A stretch of DNA of 56,640 nt from Planctomyces sp. (GTDB lineage: Bacteria > Planctomycetota > Planctomycetia > Planctomycetales > Planctomycetaceae). The notes below the pieces were generated by a model. That model made no database searches. It worked only from the letters and a program-made list of their open reading frames with translations, and had not been told where the DNA came from. The position numbers were made by a program, and so were the translations under genes. Positions 39,696-51,197 of the stretch are shown in pieces. Location of the stretch: assembly GCA_013822855.1 (NCBI GenBank), contig PNLE01000003.1, positions 1 through 56,640 on the forward strand. The letters are read 5' to 3'. How positions within the stretch are numbered: the first letter of the stretch is position 1; every line of letters starts with the position of its first letter.

Positions 39696-40976
39696 TTAGA
39701 ACTTGAAGATGGCGTCGACGCCGAAAATCGTTTCTTCGTAGCTGATGCCCGGAGCCCACTGGTAGCGGATTTCGGGACGAATGACGAAGATGTCGCTGGG
39801 CTTGTAGTTCACACCGTAGGTCATTTCGTAGTACGAGACGCCATCAGGCTTGTACCATTCCCAACGGGCACCGGTCTTCCACTGGTCGTTGATGGTGTAG
39901 AACAGGTAGTTGATCAGGCCGCTGGAGTCGCGGGCCGTGCCATCCGTCTGGAAATCGACGTCGTTGTTGGTGCCGAGGACGTCGTACTGGCCAACGTACT
40001 GGAGCTTGTCGGTGAGCATGTACGACAGGATGAAGCTGTTGATCGCACCGTCGCCACGGCGACCGAAGTCACCCAGGGCCGTAGTGTAGGTGAAGGTCAG
40101 CTTGTCCGTGGCGGCATAGCTGAAACCGCCGAGGAAGTTGCTGCCGCTGCCGAACTGGTCGAAGCCGGTGTCCCAGCCCGCCGTCCAACCGCCCCAGACC
40201 GTCAACTTGTCGCTGGGCTTCCAGGTCGCCAAAGCACCGGTGTGGGTGAACGGCTCGCTGTTCCAGAACGTGATCTGGCGGCTGTAGAAGAAGTTGTCCG
40301 GCGAGGTCACGACTTCGTACCCGACGATGGTGTAGAAGTGACCGAGCTTGACCGAGACATCGCCAACGGCGACTTCGCCGTAGGCCTGGGGCATGGCCCA
40401 CTCGTAGATGCCGTGGTCGAAGCTGGCGCTGTTGTCCCAACGGCCACCGGGGTTGCCGAAGGCCTGGGCGTCATCGCCATCGGTACCGTAGAGGGCATCG
40501 AAGCGGAAACCCCAGTCGACGCCCTTGGAGCCGTCGGCTTCCTTCTTCACGAACATGTAGAGCTGGCTGAGGTTGACGTTGTCGTCTTCAGCGGGGCTCG
40601 TGAAGGAGAGGTCGGGATTGCTGGAGTAGCCGATGTCGGCCCATCCACCAAAGACGATCCCCTTGTCGGCCAGGCCCGAACCCATGGAGCCTTGCAGCGT
40701 CCAAGGCTCGGCGGGAGCCGCTTCCACATAGCCGGGATCGACGAAGATCCCCGGTGTGGGCGGTGCGACTTCCTGCATCGCACTGACCTGGTAGATCGGC
40801 GAAGCGGGAGCCGGAGCGGCCACGACTTCACCATTCAAACGCTGCTTGGCCTGTTCGGCGAGGGTGGTCGCGTCTTCCGCAAACACCGGCATCGCCATCG
40901 CGCCAAAAGCACCCAGCACCACGCCGGCGCGAGCCAGCGATGTCCGCCAGGACTTCGGGAGAGAAAACTGCATCAT
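39696..40976 (-). CDS. Outer-membrane beta-barrel porin-like protein (C-terminal Phe)
   Basis: Signal peptide MMQFSLPKSWRTSLARAGVVLGAFGAMAMPVFA. Alternating amphipathic beta-strands. Ends ...GVDAIFKF (OMP C-terminal signature). ORF track start 41114. Confidence 0.65.
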   Translation of the reverse strand: MMQFSLPKSWRTSLARAGVVLGAFGAMAMPVFAEDATTLAEQAKQRLNGEVVAAPAPASPIYQVSAMQEVAPPTPGIFVDPGYVEAAPAEPWTLQGSMGSGLADKGIVFGGWADIGYSSNPDLSFTSPAEDDNVNLSQLYMFVKKEADGSKGVDWGFRFDALYGTDGDDAQAFGNPGGRWDNSASFDHGIYEWAMPQAYGEVAVGDVSVKLGHFYTIVGYEVVTSPDNFFYSRQITFWNSEPFTHTGALATWKPSDKLTVWGGWTAGWDTGFDQFGSGSNFLGGFSYAATDKLTFTYTTALGDFGRRGDGAINSFILSYMLTDKLQYVGQYDVLGTNNDVDFQTDGTARDSSGLINYLFYTINDQWKTGARWEWYKPDGVSYYEMTYGVNYKPSDIFVIRPEIRYQWAPGISYEETIFGVDAIFKF

Positions 40977-41361
40977 GCGCTCCTCAATCACACGTTCCAT
41001 GTGTTCGGAAAATCCCGAATGTGGCAGTGTCCCACCGCCACACTCCCTGCGAGCCTTGCAGAGCCATGGGGATGATGCCGACCGGCATCCTTTCCGAAGA
41101 TCCGCGACCGACAAGCGTTCTTGAGCGCGAGCGCCTGTCGATGTCTCGTCGAACGTATCGGAAACGTCAGTCGACCCGGCGTATGGTCGAGGGCGATGCG
41201 TGTCAGGTCGACTGATTCCTCAACATCGGCATAGGCGTCACAGATTGACATCAACCGACTGCAATTCGTGCCGCTTTTGACGCTTGTATGCAGGTTCAGC
41301 AGCCAGCTCCGAGGCTGGGCGTCCGACCATGCCCGTGAATGGCAGTTCCTGCCGAAACAAC

Positions 41362-42204
41362 TCACTCGATATCGAGTTGGATTTGTCCCTGTGACAGGTA
41401 GCCGAGCCTTTCAGCGGCGTTGGCGGGGCCGAGATTCATCAGCAGCCGACCAGCGAAACGCCAACGATATCCTTCAGTGCTGAACTTTTCGGAATGAAGC
41501 GGTATCGACCTTTGAGGCGCGCTCTCACCACGCACCGCATCCTCCGAGTGAGGATCCACGCGATGTGAAGTGGCGACTTGATTCGGATCCGAGAGGCCCC
41601 GAAATCGGTCTGGTTCTAGTACAGGGGAAGTCGCGGATGGCGAAGCTTGAAGGGCTCGGTCGAAATGGGTTTCCAGCGGAGTCTCCGCTGAAAGATCCGC
41701 GAAATGGAACAGCAGGCTGGCCAGTTTGGTCTGGGAAGCCCCCGGTGCATCGACCAGTTCCTCGTTCGCATCGAGATCCGGACTCATCTCAATACCGACA
41801 AAGCCCCAGACTCCTGTGGTGGAGGAAGATGTCGCCATCACGGCGATCTTCCCCCATTCCAATCGATGCCAGCGGATGCCACGATGACCGCCCTCGGTCA
41901 AAAACACTTCGGCGGTTCTCGCCAGTGCCCCCCAATGGCGGCGAAATTCGTTGGATGCGGTTTCAAGCAACGCCTCCGGAATCGCTGTGGCCACGGGTGG
42001 TTTGTGGGGTGTTTCGTCAGCTGTCACTAACCCTGACGTCGCTGCGGGAAGCGCTGCTTTGCGCGAACCAGCGGCCGTCGGATTGGAAGTCCAAAGATCG
42101 GCGTCTCCGGAATGACCATGACGCTGAGTGGAGAGGCGCCAGCGAATGATGATCGTGGCGGACGTCGCAACCGCCGCTAGAAGGATCGCCGCCAGCCACC
42201 ACAT
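41362..42204 (-). CDS. Hypothetical membrane-anchored protein
   Basis: N-terminal TM MWWLAAILLAAVATSATIII. No motifs recognised. Confidence 0.45.
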   Translation of the reverse strand: MWWLAAILLAAVATSATIIIRWRLSTQRHGHSGDADLWTSNPTAAGSRKAALPAATSGLVTADETPHKPPVATAIPEALLETASNEFRRHWGALARTAEVFLTEGGHRGIRWHRLEWGKIAVMATSSSTTGVWGFVGIEMSPDLDANEELVDAPGASQTKLASLLFHFADLSAETPLETHFDRALQASPSATSPVLEPDRFRGLSDPNQVATSHRVDPHSEDAVRGESAPQRSIPLHSEKFSTEGYRWRFAGRLLMNLGPANAAERLGYLSQGQIQLDIE

Positions 42205-42385
42205 CGTCTCTTCGCCTTTTCATCTTGTTTGCTGGTCACCGTTTGCAAGTCGGGAACGGGAGAAGGGTGGCCATGCGGGAGACCGGAAAATGCTCGCTGA
42301 TGTGCGTCGCGGGGGATCGTCGGATATCCTGCGCGGCTTCATCGGAATTCACCCAATGCCACTGTCATGAGAACGGAGATCGTCC

Positions 42386-43255
42386 TTGCCAATCCTCGGT
42401 GCCCACATGTCGATTGCGGGGGGGTACTTCAAAGCCATTGAAGCGGGCCACCGCCTGGGCATGGAGTGCGTGCAGCTCTTCACGAAGAATAACAACCAGT
42501 GGAAGGGAAAGCCGCTCACCGATGAGGATGCGAGACTCTTCGCGGACGCCCGCACTGCCGCTGGCATCTGGCACACCTGCGCGCATGCCAGCTATCTGAT
42601 CAACCTGGCCAGCCCGGATGACGTCCTCTGGAACAAGTCGTGCGACGCACTGCGGGATGAACTCGAACGTGCCGAGGCCTTGGGCCTGCCGGGTGTCGTG
42701 CTGCACCCGGGGAGTGCCGTGAAGTCGACGGCTGAAGCCGGAATTCTGCGGGTGATTGAAGCCATCGACGATGTTCACAAGTCCTGCAAGGGATTGGCGG
42801 CGCAGATCTGGCTGGAGACGACGGCTGGCCAGGGAGCCTGTCTGGGGGCTTCATTCGAGGAACTCGCGAGGATGCTGGATGGCGTGCGCGAGCCGGATCG
42901 ATTGGGGATCTGTGTAGACACCTGCCATTTGTTCGCCGCCGGTTATCCGCTCAAGACCGCCGAGGAGTATGCGGAAACATTCGATAGGTTCTCGTCGCTC
43001 ATCGGGTTGGAACGCATCCGAGCGTTTCACGTCAACGACAGCGCCAAAGCCTTTGGCAGCCGGGTGGATCGGCATGCCCACATCGGCGAAGGCTTTCTCG
43101 GACGCATCCCTTTTTCGCGTCTGCTGCACGACGCTCGCTTTTCCGAAATCCCCATGTACCTTGAGACGGAAAAGGGGGAACGCGAAGGGGAGGATCTCGA
43201 CCTGATGAATCTCCGCACGTTGCGTTCGCTGGTGACGAACCCCGAACATCATTGA
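42386..43255 (+). CDS. nfo: Endonuclease IV (AP endonuclease family 2)
   Basis: MPILGAHMSIAGG...QLFTKNNNQWKGKPL...HASYLINLASPD...HPGS... matches Nfo throughout. Confidence 0.85.
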   Translation: MPILGAHMSIAGGYFKAIEAGHRLGMECVQLFTKNNNQWKGKPLTDEDARLFADARTAAGIWHTCAHASYLINLASPDDVLWNKSCDALRDELERAEALGLPGVVLHPGSAVKSTAEAGILRVIEAIDDVHKSCKGLAAQIWLETTAGQGACLGASFEELARMLDGVREPDRLGICVDTCHLFAAGYPLKTAEEYAETFDRFSSLIGLERIRAFHVNDSAKAFGSRVDRHAHIGEGFLGRIPFSRLLHDARFSEIPMYLETEKGEREGEDLDLMNLRTLRSLVTNPEHH

Positions 43256-43262
43256 TCGCCGG

Positions 43263-43790
43263 GTGTCGATCTTGTTTGTGGCACGTCGACAACGATTTCA
43301 TGGTTTACAAGAAAGTGATTCGAGCGGCATGAGCGACACCTCGCTGTCCGAAATGACCGTCCGCCAGGCGCTGGCCCAGGATGTCCCCGCGCTGGCGGAG
43401 TTTTTGACGCCGTTTGTGGCGGTGGGCCGTCTGCTGCCGCGGACTCATGACGAGTTGGAAGTTCTCACGAAGCATGGCTTCGTCGCAGAAATCGCAGGCC
43501 GCATCGTCGGCTTCGCCGCTCTCGAGATCTATTCACCCAAGCTGGGCGAGCTTCGCAGCCTCGCGGTGAGTCCCCTCTATCAAGGACGTGGCGTGGGAAA
43601 GGCGGTTGTCGAAGCGGTCGTCGAACGGGCCCGCGAGCAGCATGTGTTCGAAGTCCTGGCGATTACTTCCACGGAGGAATTCTTCCAGAAGTGCGGCTTC
43701 GACTTCACACTGCCGGGCGAGCGTAAGGCCCTCTTCTATCAGACACGACCGTCGTACCTGGAAAAACCGGGTGAGGTGCTCTCGGATTGA
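43263..43790 (+). CDS. GNAT-family N-acetyltransferase (ArgA C-terminal-like)
   Basis: Acetyl-CoA motif QGRGVGKAVVEAVVERA. Alternative ATG start at 43329. Confidence 0.65.
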   Translation: MSILFVARRQRFHGLQESDSSGMSDTSLSEMTVRQALAQDVPALAEFLTPFVAVGRLLPRTHDELEVLTKHGFVAEIAGRIVGFAALEIYSPKLGELRSLAVSPLYQGRGVGKAVVEAVVERAREQHVFEVLAITSTEEFFQKCGFDFTLPGERKALFYQTRPSYLEKPGEVLSD

Positions 43791-44565
43791 GCGGGAAGCC
43801 GCGCAAAATCTGAGTGCCGGTTTTAGGGATTGTTGTTGCGCGGGGTGACACGCCTAAGTGAGCCCGTGTCGCTGTTTCACAAGCCTTGTCGGTCCGCGTT
43901 TGCGATGTGCCCGGAATCGCGGAAGTCCATTCCATTTGGTACCGAATCTGTTTGCTTTGATCCCCGCCGAACCCAGTTGACGGGCCGAGTGTCCTCCATC
44001 GGCGGATCACGTGTGGTTCCAGCCAATTTGTCTTTTCTCGCACCGAAAATTCCAGTGTATTGGCGAACGCGCAGCGTGTGTTTTGAACGCACGGGCAGCA
44101 ACACGCAGGAAACATCGCATCGCCCAGAGTCTCAATGACAGTCCAGCTCAACCTCTCGCAGGATGGGTCGTCAACCTGAACAGTTTGTGGGAAATCGAAG
44201 TTCCGAGAAAGATGATCCGCAGGATGTCGGTATTCGTTCGTAGTAGATGGAGATGACATCACTCCCGCGATGGGAGGCTGTCGGTTCTGACAGCAAGTTG
44301 CGCCATGTGAACCACGAGACTGATTGGTTGCTCTGTTGTTTTGCTGAAAAGCGGCCTGAAAACTGCTCCACAAGTGATGCCGCCAAGGAATGTTGATTCC
44401 TGAGCCTCAAGTAGCACAAAAGCCTCAAAACGACACATCAAAACAGCACAGCGATTTTTGAAGCATTTCTCTGGTTTCCCACGAAAGATGACAACCTGGC
44501 GTCTGACGCCCTGAATGCCACCTTGGCGAATTTTCTTCCTCTGGCCAACCGAGAAAGGGCCGAAC

Positions 44566-46230
44566 ATGTCGAACTACCGTCATCCGGCCTTGCGATTGCT
44601 GGCCGAACAACAAATGCGTTATTCGCCGCGTGATGTCCGCCTCCAACAGGTGGAGAGAGCGGAGCGTCTTGCGCAACGGATTGATCTGCAGGAGGATTTT
44701 CCCTGGCAGAAAGTCTGCCAGGAAGTGACCTCCTATCGACCGGAGTCCTATCCCGATCTGCAAATTTCGGGGAGCGATCTTCTCCATGATCTTCGGGTCT
44801 TCATCGAAGATCTTTCGGAGTCCGTCGAACTCCGACCCGACCAAGTCGACGAGGAAGTCTTGACGCTCGAAGATGTGAGCCGTCAATACAACGTCAGCAC
44901 CAAGACTGTGGATCGCTGGCGCGACCGGGGACTCATCAGCCGGAAATTCCTCTACGGAGGGCGAAAACGCGTGGCTTTCCTGCGTTCTTCGGTCGATCGA
45001 TTTGTCGAAGCCAACCAAGGCGACATTGAACGGGGTTCCAGCTTCCGCCAGGTGACTGACGATGAACGGCGAAAAATATTGGCCCGTGCCCGCCGATTGT
45101 CTCGCTTCGGTGCCGGCGCGACGGAAATCAATAGGCGGTTGGGACGGCGATTCCACCGGTCGCCGGAGACGATTCGCCTCATCCTGAAGGATTTTGATCG
45201 AGAACAGCCTCAGATCGCCATTTTTCCCGATTCGACCGATGTCTTGTCGATCGGTGAACGTGAAGAGATCTATGCCGCTTATCATCGCGGCATGGCCGTT
45301 GAGGATTTGGCGATCCGGTTCAAACGCACGAAATCTAGCCTCTACCGCACCATCGCGGAGGTCCGGGCCAGGCATCTTGTCGGGCAAGCGATCGATTTCA
45401 TGGACTCTCCCGAGTTCCACTCAGACACGGTGCGCGCCGCGATGCTGACCGAGGTTCCACCGCCGGTGACGAATCTCGGCGTCACCAAGCCACCTCCCGG
45501 CCTGCCCCCTTACCTGGCAAGCCTGTACTCCACGCCGCTGTTGACCCGCGAACAAGAGGCGTATTACTTCCGCAGGATGAACTTCCTCAAATCGGAAGCT
45601 GTCCGGTTGAGAAAGGAACTATCGCTGGCCCAACCGCGGGTGAAACTGATGGACGAGATTAATGAGCATCTCGAAAAAGCGACGGAGATCAAGAATTTCC
45701 TCATCCGCAGCAACCTGCGGCTGGTTGTCTCCATCGCCAAAAAACATGCGCATCCCTCGGTCAACTTTTTCGAGATGATCAGCGATGGGAACATGTCCCT
45801 CATCAAGGCCATCGAGAAGTTTGACTACACTCGCGGATTCAAGTTCTCGACCTACGCTTCGTGGGCGATCATGAAGAATTTCGCCCGCTCGATCCCCGCG
45901 GAGAACACCCGGCTTGATCGGTTCCGTACCGGGAGCGAAGACGTTTTCGTGCAATCGATGGATCCCCGCACGGATCAGTTCCGCGATGAGATCGTCAACC
46001 ACCGACAGCATGAGGCGCTGATGGGAATTCTTGGGCAGTTGGATACGCGGGAACGGGATATCATCGTCCACCGCTATGGCTTGGAGTCCGGCCAGCAACC
46101 TCAAACGCTGGAACAGGTGGGTCATCGTTTCGGAGTGACGAAAGAACGCATCCGCCAGATCGAAGCCCGCGCCCTGAAAAAACTCAAAAAGATCGCCACG
46201 GAGGAACGACTGGACATTCCGGGAATCTGA
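44566..46230 (+). CDS. rpoD: RNA polymerase primary sigma factor (sigma-70 family) with long N-terminal extension
   Basis: Region 2: LIRSNLRLVVSIAKK, GFKFSTYASWAIMKNFARSI. Region 4: TLEQVGHRFGVTKERIRQIEARALKKLKK. ATG at 44566 follows a GAAAGGG SD. The antisense 44425..45420 ORF is a shadow. Confidence 0.85.
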   Translation: MSNYRHPALRLLAEQQMRYSPRDVRLQQVERAERLAQRIDLQEDFPWQKVCQEVTSYRPESYPDLQISGSDLLHDLRVFIEDLSESVELRPDQVDEEVLTLEDVSRQYNVSTKTVDRWRDRGLISRKFLYGGRKRVAFLRSSVDRFVEANQGDIERGSSFRQVTDDERRKILARARRLSRFGAGATEINRRLGRRFHRSPETIRLILKDFDREQPQIAIFPDSTDVLSIGEREEIYAAYHRGMAVEDLAIRFKRTKSSLYRTIAEVRARHLVGQAIDFMDSPEFHSDTVRAAMLTEVPPPVTNLGVTKPPPGLPPYLASLYSTPLLTREQEAYYFRRMNFLKSEAVRLRKELSLAQPRVKLMDEINEHLEKATEIKNFLIRSNLRLVVSIAKKHAHPSVNFFEMISDGNMSLIKAIEKFDYTRGFKFSTYASWAIMKNFARSIPAENTRLDRFRTGSEDVFVQSMDPRTDQFRDEIVNHRQHEALMGILGQLDTRERDIIVHRYGLESGQQPQTLEQVGHRFGVTKERIRQIEARALKKLKKIATEERLDIPGI

Positions 46231-46677
46231 TCGCCATTGGTCGTCTGAACTCCCTTATCTTCTCACCTCCAAGGTTCACATCGAAAAACGATGTGAACCT
46301 TTTTTGCATGACGGGGTGTCAGCTGGAGGGCGGCGAGCCGTCGGAAAATGTCAATTGTATGCCAAGTGCCATGAGGGAGAGATGTCCACAACATGCAGGC
46401 CGGAGGAAGATTCCAGCCCGCGCACCGTCGGGTTTCAAGCGGTTCCCGACGCATCTCGATCAACCTCAAATACGCAAAGCGTGACGGAGCCAACACTTGC
46501 ATTCAGCTTGGCCAAAACGCGCCAACCTTGCAGGGATGACACGTATTGCTATACTCTCCAACCGATTCTGAGATGTGGATACGCTGTCACGGCGTATTCT
46601 CCTTCAGATCGGACTTGGCGGCGGCAATTCACTGCGATCATCCCCGGCTTTTTTCACTGGATGATTCCGGCTTTTTC

Positions 46678-46749
46678 GCTGGTGTAGCTCAACGGTAGAG
46701 CTCCTGTTTTGTAAACAGGAGGTTGTGGGTTCGAATCCCTCCGCCAGCT
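46678..46749 (+). tRNA. tRNA-Thr (anticodon TGT)
   Basis: Hand-folded cloverleaf; anticodon loop TTTGTAA. Confidence 0.8.
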
Positions 46750-46774
46750 TTCAGTGGTCTTGTGGTTTATGCAC

Positions 46775-46856
46775 GGCGGAGTTCCCGAGCGGTCAAAGGG
46801 GCCAGACTGTAAATCTGGTGGCTATGCCTTCACAGGTTCGAATCCTGTTTCCGCCA
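46775..46856 (+). tRNA. tRNA-Tyr (anticodon GTA), type II with long variable arm
   Basis: CAGACTGTAAATCTG anticodon arm; close to the E. coli tyrU pattern. Confidence 0.85.
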
Positions 46857-46896
46857 TTTCGGTTCGATGTCTGAATTTCGAGGTTTTGTCGGCATT

Positions 46897-46967
<71 letters not shown>

Positions 46968-47142
46968 TTGAGTCAGTTGCGCGTCCGCGGGTGTATTCGC
47001 TGTCAGTTTGTCGAGGTTGTTCTTGACCTTGGGCGGGTTGGCGGCGGGTAGTGCGTTCGTTCGGTTGACAACGTCAAAGATTCGGGTCATCGTCTGGAAG
47101 CTGCTTGGGACTCAGGCAGCGCGGGTTCGTTTTGTTCGCGAT

Positions 47143-47215
47143 GCTGCCGTAGCTCAGTTGGTAGAGTGCGTCCTTGGTAAGGACGAGGTCGTGGGTTCGA
47201 ATCCCACCGGTAGCT
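47143..47215 (+). tRNA. tRNA-Thr (anticodon GGT)
   Basis: Anticodon loop TTGGTAA; T-loop GGTTCGAATCC. Confidence 0.85.
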
Positions 47216-47442
47216 CTTGGCGGCGGTTTTCTTTGCAGCGGCAAAGCCGTTGTGAAAGGGTCATCGCGACGGGTGGTGGGGGTTCTTGTGATCCTTGTCT
47301 CCCTGGCAGACAACGTTTGTGACGTGGGTGCCGTCGTGGTGCCCATCGGTCTTGTCGTCCTCTAGTTCTGTCGTCCCCAGTTTGATGCACGGGCGGAAGG
47401 TTCCGCTGGTCGACAAACGGCAACAAAGAAGGTTTCGGAGAA

Positions 47443-48639
47443 ATGGCGAAGGAAGTTTTTCAGCGGACAAAGCCCCACGTCAACGTTGGTACGATCGGTC
47501 ACATCGACCATGGCAAGACCACGACCACGGCTGCCATCCTCGCCGTGCAGACGGCAAAGGGTCTGGCCAAGTTCAAGAGCTACTCGGATATCGCCAAGGG
47601 CGGTACGGTTCGTGACGAAACGAAGACCGTGACGATCGCCGTTTCGCACGTCGAGTACGAAACCGCCACTCGTCACTACGCCCACATCGATTGCCCTGGT
47701 CACGCCGATTATATCAAAAACATGATTACCGGTGCTGCCCAGATGGACGGCGCCATTCTCGTCGTGTCGGCTGCCGACGGCCCCATGCCCCAGACTCGCG
47801 AGCATATCCTGCTCGCCCGTCAGGTGGACGTCCCCGCCCTCGTCGTGTTCCTCAATAAGTGCGACCTGGTCGACGACGAAGAACTTCTCGAACTCGTCGA
47901 GATGGAAGTTCGTGAACTGCTCACGAAGTACGACTTCCCCGGCGACGACATTGTCATCGTCCGCGGCAACGCCAAGGGCGCCCTCGACAATCCTGCCGAC
48001 CCTAAGTTCAACAAGTGCATCGGCGACCTGATGGACGCCCTCGACGCCAACGTTCCCGAACCGGAACGTGCTGTCGACAAGCCCATGTTGATGTCGATCG
48101 AAGACGTCTTCTCGATCGAAGGCCGCGGCACTGTGGTGACCGGTCGTATCGAGCAGGGAATCCTCAAGGTCGGCGACAAGGTTCAGATCATCGGCCTGAA
48201 GGACACCATCGAGTCGGTTTGCACTGGTGTCGAAATGTTCCAGAAGACCCTCGATGAAGGCCGTGCCGGCGACAACGTCGGCGTACTCATCCGCGGTATC
48301 AAGAAGGAAGACGTCCAGCGCGGCCAGGTTCTGGCCAAGCCGGGTTCGATCCAGCCGCACACCAAGTTCGAGTGCCAGGTCTACGTGCTGAGCAAGGAAG
48401 AAGGGGGCCGTCACACGCCATTCTTCAACGGCTACAAGCCGCAGTTCTACTTCCGCACAACCGACGTCACCGGCGGTTCGAAGCTCCTCGGTGGTGCTGA
48501 AATGTGCATGCCTGGCGACAACGTCACCATGGAAGTCGAACTCCTCAAGCCCATCGCCATGACCGAAAACGTCCGCTTCGCTATCCGCGAAGGCGGTAAG
48601 ACGGTCGGTTCGGGCGTTGTCACCAAGATCCTCGCCTAG
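47443..48639 (+). CDS. tuf: Elongation factor Tu
   Basis: [27 protein letters not shown]..., [12 protein letters not shown]. Confidence 0.95.
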   Translation: MAKEVFQRTKPHVNVGTIGHIDHGKTTTTAAILAVQTAKGLAKFKSYSDIAKGGTVRDETKTVTIAVSHVEYETATRHYAHIDCPGHADYIKNMITGAAQMDGAILVVSAADGPMPQTREHILLARQVDVPALVVFLNKCDLVDDEELLELVEMEVRELLTKYDFPGDDIVIVRGNAKGALDNPADPKFNKCIGDLMDALDANVPEPERAVDKPMLMSIEDVFSIEGRGTVVTGRIEQGILKVGDKVQIIGLKDTIESVCTGVEMFQKTLDEGRAGDNVGVLIRGIKKEDVQRGQVLAKPGSIQPHTKFECQVYVLSKEEGGRHTPFFNGYKPQFYFRTTDVTGGSKLLGGAEMCMPGDNVTMEVELLKPIAMTENVRFAIREGGKTVGSGVVTKILA

Positions 48640-48714
48640 TTTCTTTGATCGGCTCGGCCTGCCAGCGTTAACGCGTTGGCAGGTTGTCTGATCTGGCGGT
48701 TTGAATTCGATTCA

Positions 48715-48747
48715 CCCCGCGGTTCTCGTAACCGCGGGGTTGTTTTC
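48715..48747 (+). terminator. Rho-independent terminator after tuf
   Basis: CCCCGCGGTT-ctcgta-AACCGCGGGG + TTGTTTTC. Preceded by a second imperfect hairpin at ~48672-48690. Confidence 0.7.
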
Positions 48748-48841
48748 ACAAGTTGACCATTTGCGATCATGACGTTCTGGTTCGGCCAGTCGTGTATTTC
48801 GACCAGTCTTTGTCTGTGATATTGATCCGAAAGAGGCAATC

Positions 48842-48997
48842 ATGGCTCGCGAGTTTGTGTGGCTCGAATGCACCGAAACCGGACAGCGCAATTACCGCGT
48901 CTCGAAGGAAACCCGTGGAACAGAGCGGCTTGAGCTGAAGAAGTACTGCCCGAAGCTTCGTAAGCACACGCTGCACAAAGAATCTCGTAAGAAGTAG
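48842..48997 (+). CDS. rpmG: 50S ribosomal protein L33
   Basis: Translated by hand: [51 protein letters not shown]. Below the ORF-track length cutoff. Confidence 0.85.
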   Translation: MAREFVWLECTETGQRNYRVSKETRGTERLELKKYCPKLRKHTLHKESRKK

Positions 48998-49075
48998 TCG
49001 CTTGGGGGGTGCTACCCGCATTCTCCTTGATAATCTTCTGCGGACGAGAGCAGCCGCATGCCCTGTGGCGTGCTT

Positions 49076-49148
<73 letters not shown>

Positions 49149-49308
49149 CTTGTGATCACCAAATGTGTTGTTTCCCGGTGAGCGAAGTTTTACCTGGGTG
49201 GTCTTCGATACCAGTTGTCGATAGTCACGAAGGCGTCGTGAATCCGGTTCAATCAATCGCAGTGGTTCTCCAAGGCAATTTCATAAGTCTGATGGCAACT
49301 GGATCACC

Positions 49309-49794
49309 ATGGCGAATGCAGCCGCAGCTTCTGTCTGGCAGTCGATTCTTTCTCCTGTGCCCTACAAGCGGAATCAGGGGCGGCTCGTCCGCTATTTGAC
49401 TGCGGCCGCCATCATTCTGGCGGTCTTGTTGGGCTGCTGGACGTTCTCGGTTCGTGTGTTTGACGATTTGATTTCCCAGCTTGTGTCGGCTTTCCCGGCC
49501 GCGGAGTCGGCTGCTCCTTGGATTCGCATCGGCGTACCGCTGGCTATGGCCTTGTTTGGTTCTTGGTGCGGTTGGAGGTTGGTTCATTATCCGGTCTTTG
49601 CCGACTTTCTGATTGAAGTCGAGTCGGAGATGGCGCGCGTCACCTGGCCGGAACGTCACGAATTGATCAAGGCCACCGGTGTGGTGCTGTTTGTCACCAT
49701 CACCCTCAGTGCCGTTTTGTTCGGATTCGACTTGTTCTGGCAGTGGGTGCTGGGTCTTGTCGGTGTTCTACAGATTTACAACGGCACACCTTGA
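49309..49794 (+). CDS. secE: Preprotein translocase subunit SecE (extended, multi-TM form)
   Basis: Position upstream of nusG. C-terminal SecE-like TM (VTWPERHELIKATGVVLFVTITLSAVLFGFD) plus extra N-terminal TMs. Confidence 0.75.
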   Translation: MANAAAASVWQSILSPVPYKRNQGRLVRYLTAAAIILAVLLGCWTFSVRVFDDLISQLVSAFPAAESAAPWIRIGVPLAMALFGSWCGWRLVHYPVFADFLIEVESEMARVTWPERHELIKATGVVLFVTITLSAVLFGFDLFWQWVLGLVGVLQIYNGTP

Positions 49795-49947
49795 GTCGAG
49801 GTCATCGATCCGGCGTGATCGTTGAGTTGCAAAAGAGAGCGTCTGCTGTCATCATTCTCAGCTTCGCGCTGATTTCGTCGGCAGCTCCCGCCATTCGCGG
49901 GGCAGTCGGCATCGATCTGCGGTGTTTGGTGATTTAAAGGGTGTTTC

Positions 49948-50550
49948 ATGGCTATGGATTCGCAATCAGCTCCGGATGTGACCGAGGGATCGACCTCGGA
50001 CGCTCCAGAGGGTGCGGCCAAGTCGTGGTACGTGTTGAAGATCACCAGTAATCGCGAAAAATCCATCCGCGACAGTCTTCTCCGTCGGATTCGTCAGGAA
50101 GGTCTCGAAGAGTTCTTCGGTGAGATTCTGATTCCGACAGAGAAGGTTGTTGAGAACAAAAACGGCAAGAAGAAGGTCGTTGAGCATAAGCTGTACCCGG
50201 GTTATCTGATGGTGCAGATGATTCTCAACGATGACACTTGGTATGTCGTCAGGACAACGGGTGGGGTGGGGGATTTCACGGGTTCTGCCGGGAAGCCAAC
50301 TCCCATGCAGGATCACGAGATCGAGCGGATGCTCCAGAAGCAGGAGCAGAAACAGGAAGCCCAGGCGCCTTCGGTCAAGATTGAGTTCGCAGTTGGTGAG
50401 TTGGTGAAGATCAAGGAAGGGACTTTCGAGGGTTTCGAGGGTCCTGTCGACTCGATCGACGAAGCCAATGGCAAGATCAATGTGCTTGTGGAGATCTTTG
50501 GTCGATCCACTCCTGTTGAGCTTGAATACTGGCAAGCCGAGCGACCTTAG
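49948..50550 (+). CDS. nusG: Transcription termination/antitermination factor NusG
   Basis: NGN domain [18 protein letters not shown]...; KOW-like [18 protein letters not shown]. Confidence 0.9.
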   Translation: MAMDSQSAPDVTEGSTSDAPEGAAKSWYVLKITSNREKSIRDSLLRRIRQEGLEEFFGEILIPTEKVVENKNGKKKVVEHKLYPGYLMVQMILNDDTWYVVRTTGGVGDFTGSAGKPTPMQDHEIERMLQKQEQKQEAQAPSVKIEFAVGELVKIKEGTFEGFEGPVDSIDEANGKINVLVEIFGRSTPVELEYWQAERP

Positions 50551-50651
50551 CAGTCTTCCGTCTTTTTTGCCCTTCGCTCGGGGTTTCCGGGTGGTGCCGC
50601 AGGGCTGGTATCGAGCTGTCCGAACAACGCATTTGTTGAAATTGAAGAGAC

Positions 50652-51086
50652 ATGGCCAAGAAAGAAGCAAAGATCAAGGCTCAGGTGAAGGTTCAAATCC
50701 CGGGGGGGAAGGCGACGCCTGCTCCTCCCGTGGGTACCGCACTCGGGCCGCACGGTGTGAATCTGGGACAGTTCGTGACTCAGTTCAACGACCGTACGAA
50801 AGATCTCAACGGGATGATCGTCCCGGTTGTGATTACTATTTTCGATGATCGTACTTTCAAGTTCGAGCTGAAGAGCCCCCCCGCCTCAGTGCTTGTCAAG
50901 CAAGCGGCGGGAATCGCGAAGGGTGCCAGCAAGCACCGTTCGGAGAAGGTTGGCTCTGTGACCAAGGCCCAGCTCGCCGAAATCGCCAAGACCAAGATGG
51001 CGGATCTCAATGCCGGCAGTTTGGAAGCTGCTGTCAGGATTATTGCTGGCACTGCCCGTAGCGTCGGCCTGGAAGTGGTTGATTAG
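50652..51086 (+). CDS. rplK: 50S ribosomal protein L11
   Basis: [38 protein letters not shown]... Confidence 0.95.
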   Translation: MAKKEAKIKAQVKVQIPGGKATPAPPVGTALGPHGVNLGQFVTQFNDRTKDLNGMIVPVVITIFDDRTFKFELKSPPASVLVKQAAGIAKGASKHRSEKVGSVTKAQLAEIAKTKMADLNAGSLEAAVRIIAGTARSVGLEVVD

Positions 51087-51197
51087 TTTTTGGTGTTGAG
51101 ATTACCGCTCACGGCGGTGTCCGTTTTATAAATTTTGTCGCGTTTGACTCGGTGCCTCTCCGATCGAAGGGTGTCTCCGGGAAGCGAGAGGGAAGAT

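Noticed and set aside
44425-45420. 331-aa minus-strand ORF
   Set aside because: Antisense to rpoD.
46304-46687. 127-aa + ORF upstream of the tRNA cluster
   Set aside because: No SD, odd composition, runs into tRNA-Thr. More likely promoter/leader of the tRNA-tuf operon.
47362-48414. 350-aa minus-strand ORF
   Set aside because: Antisense to tuf.
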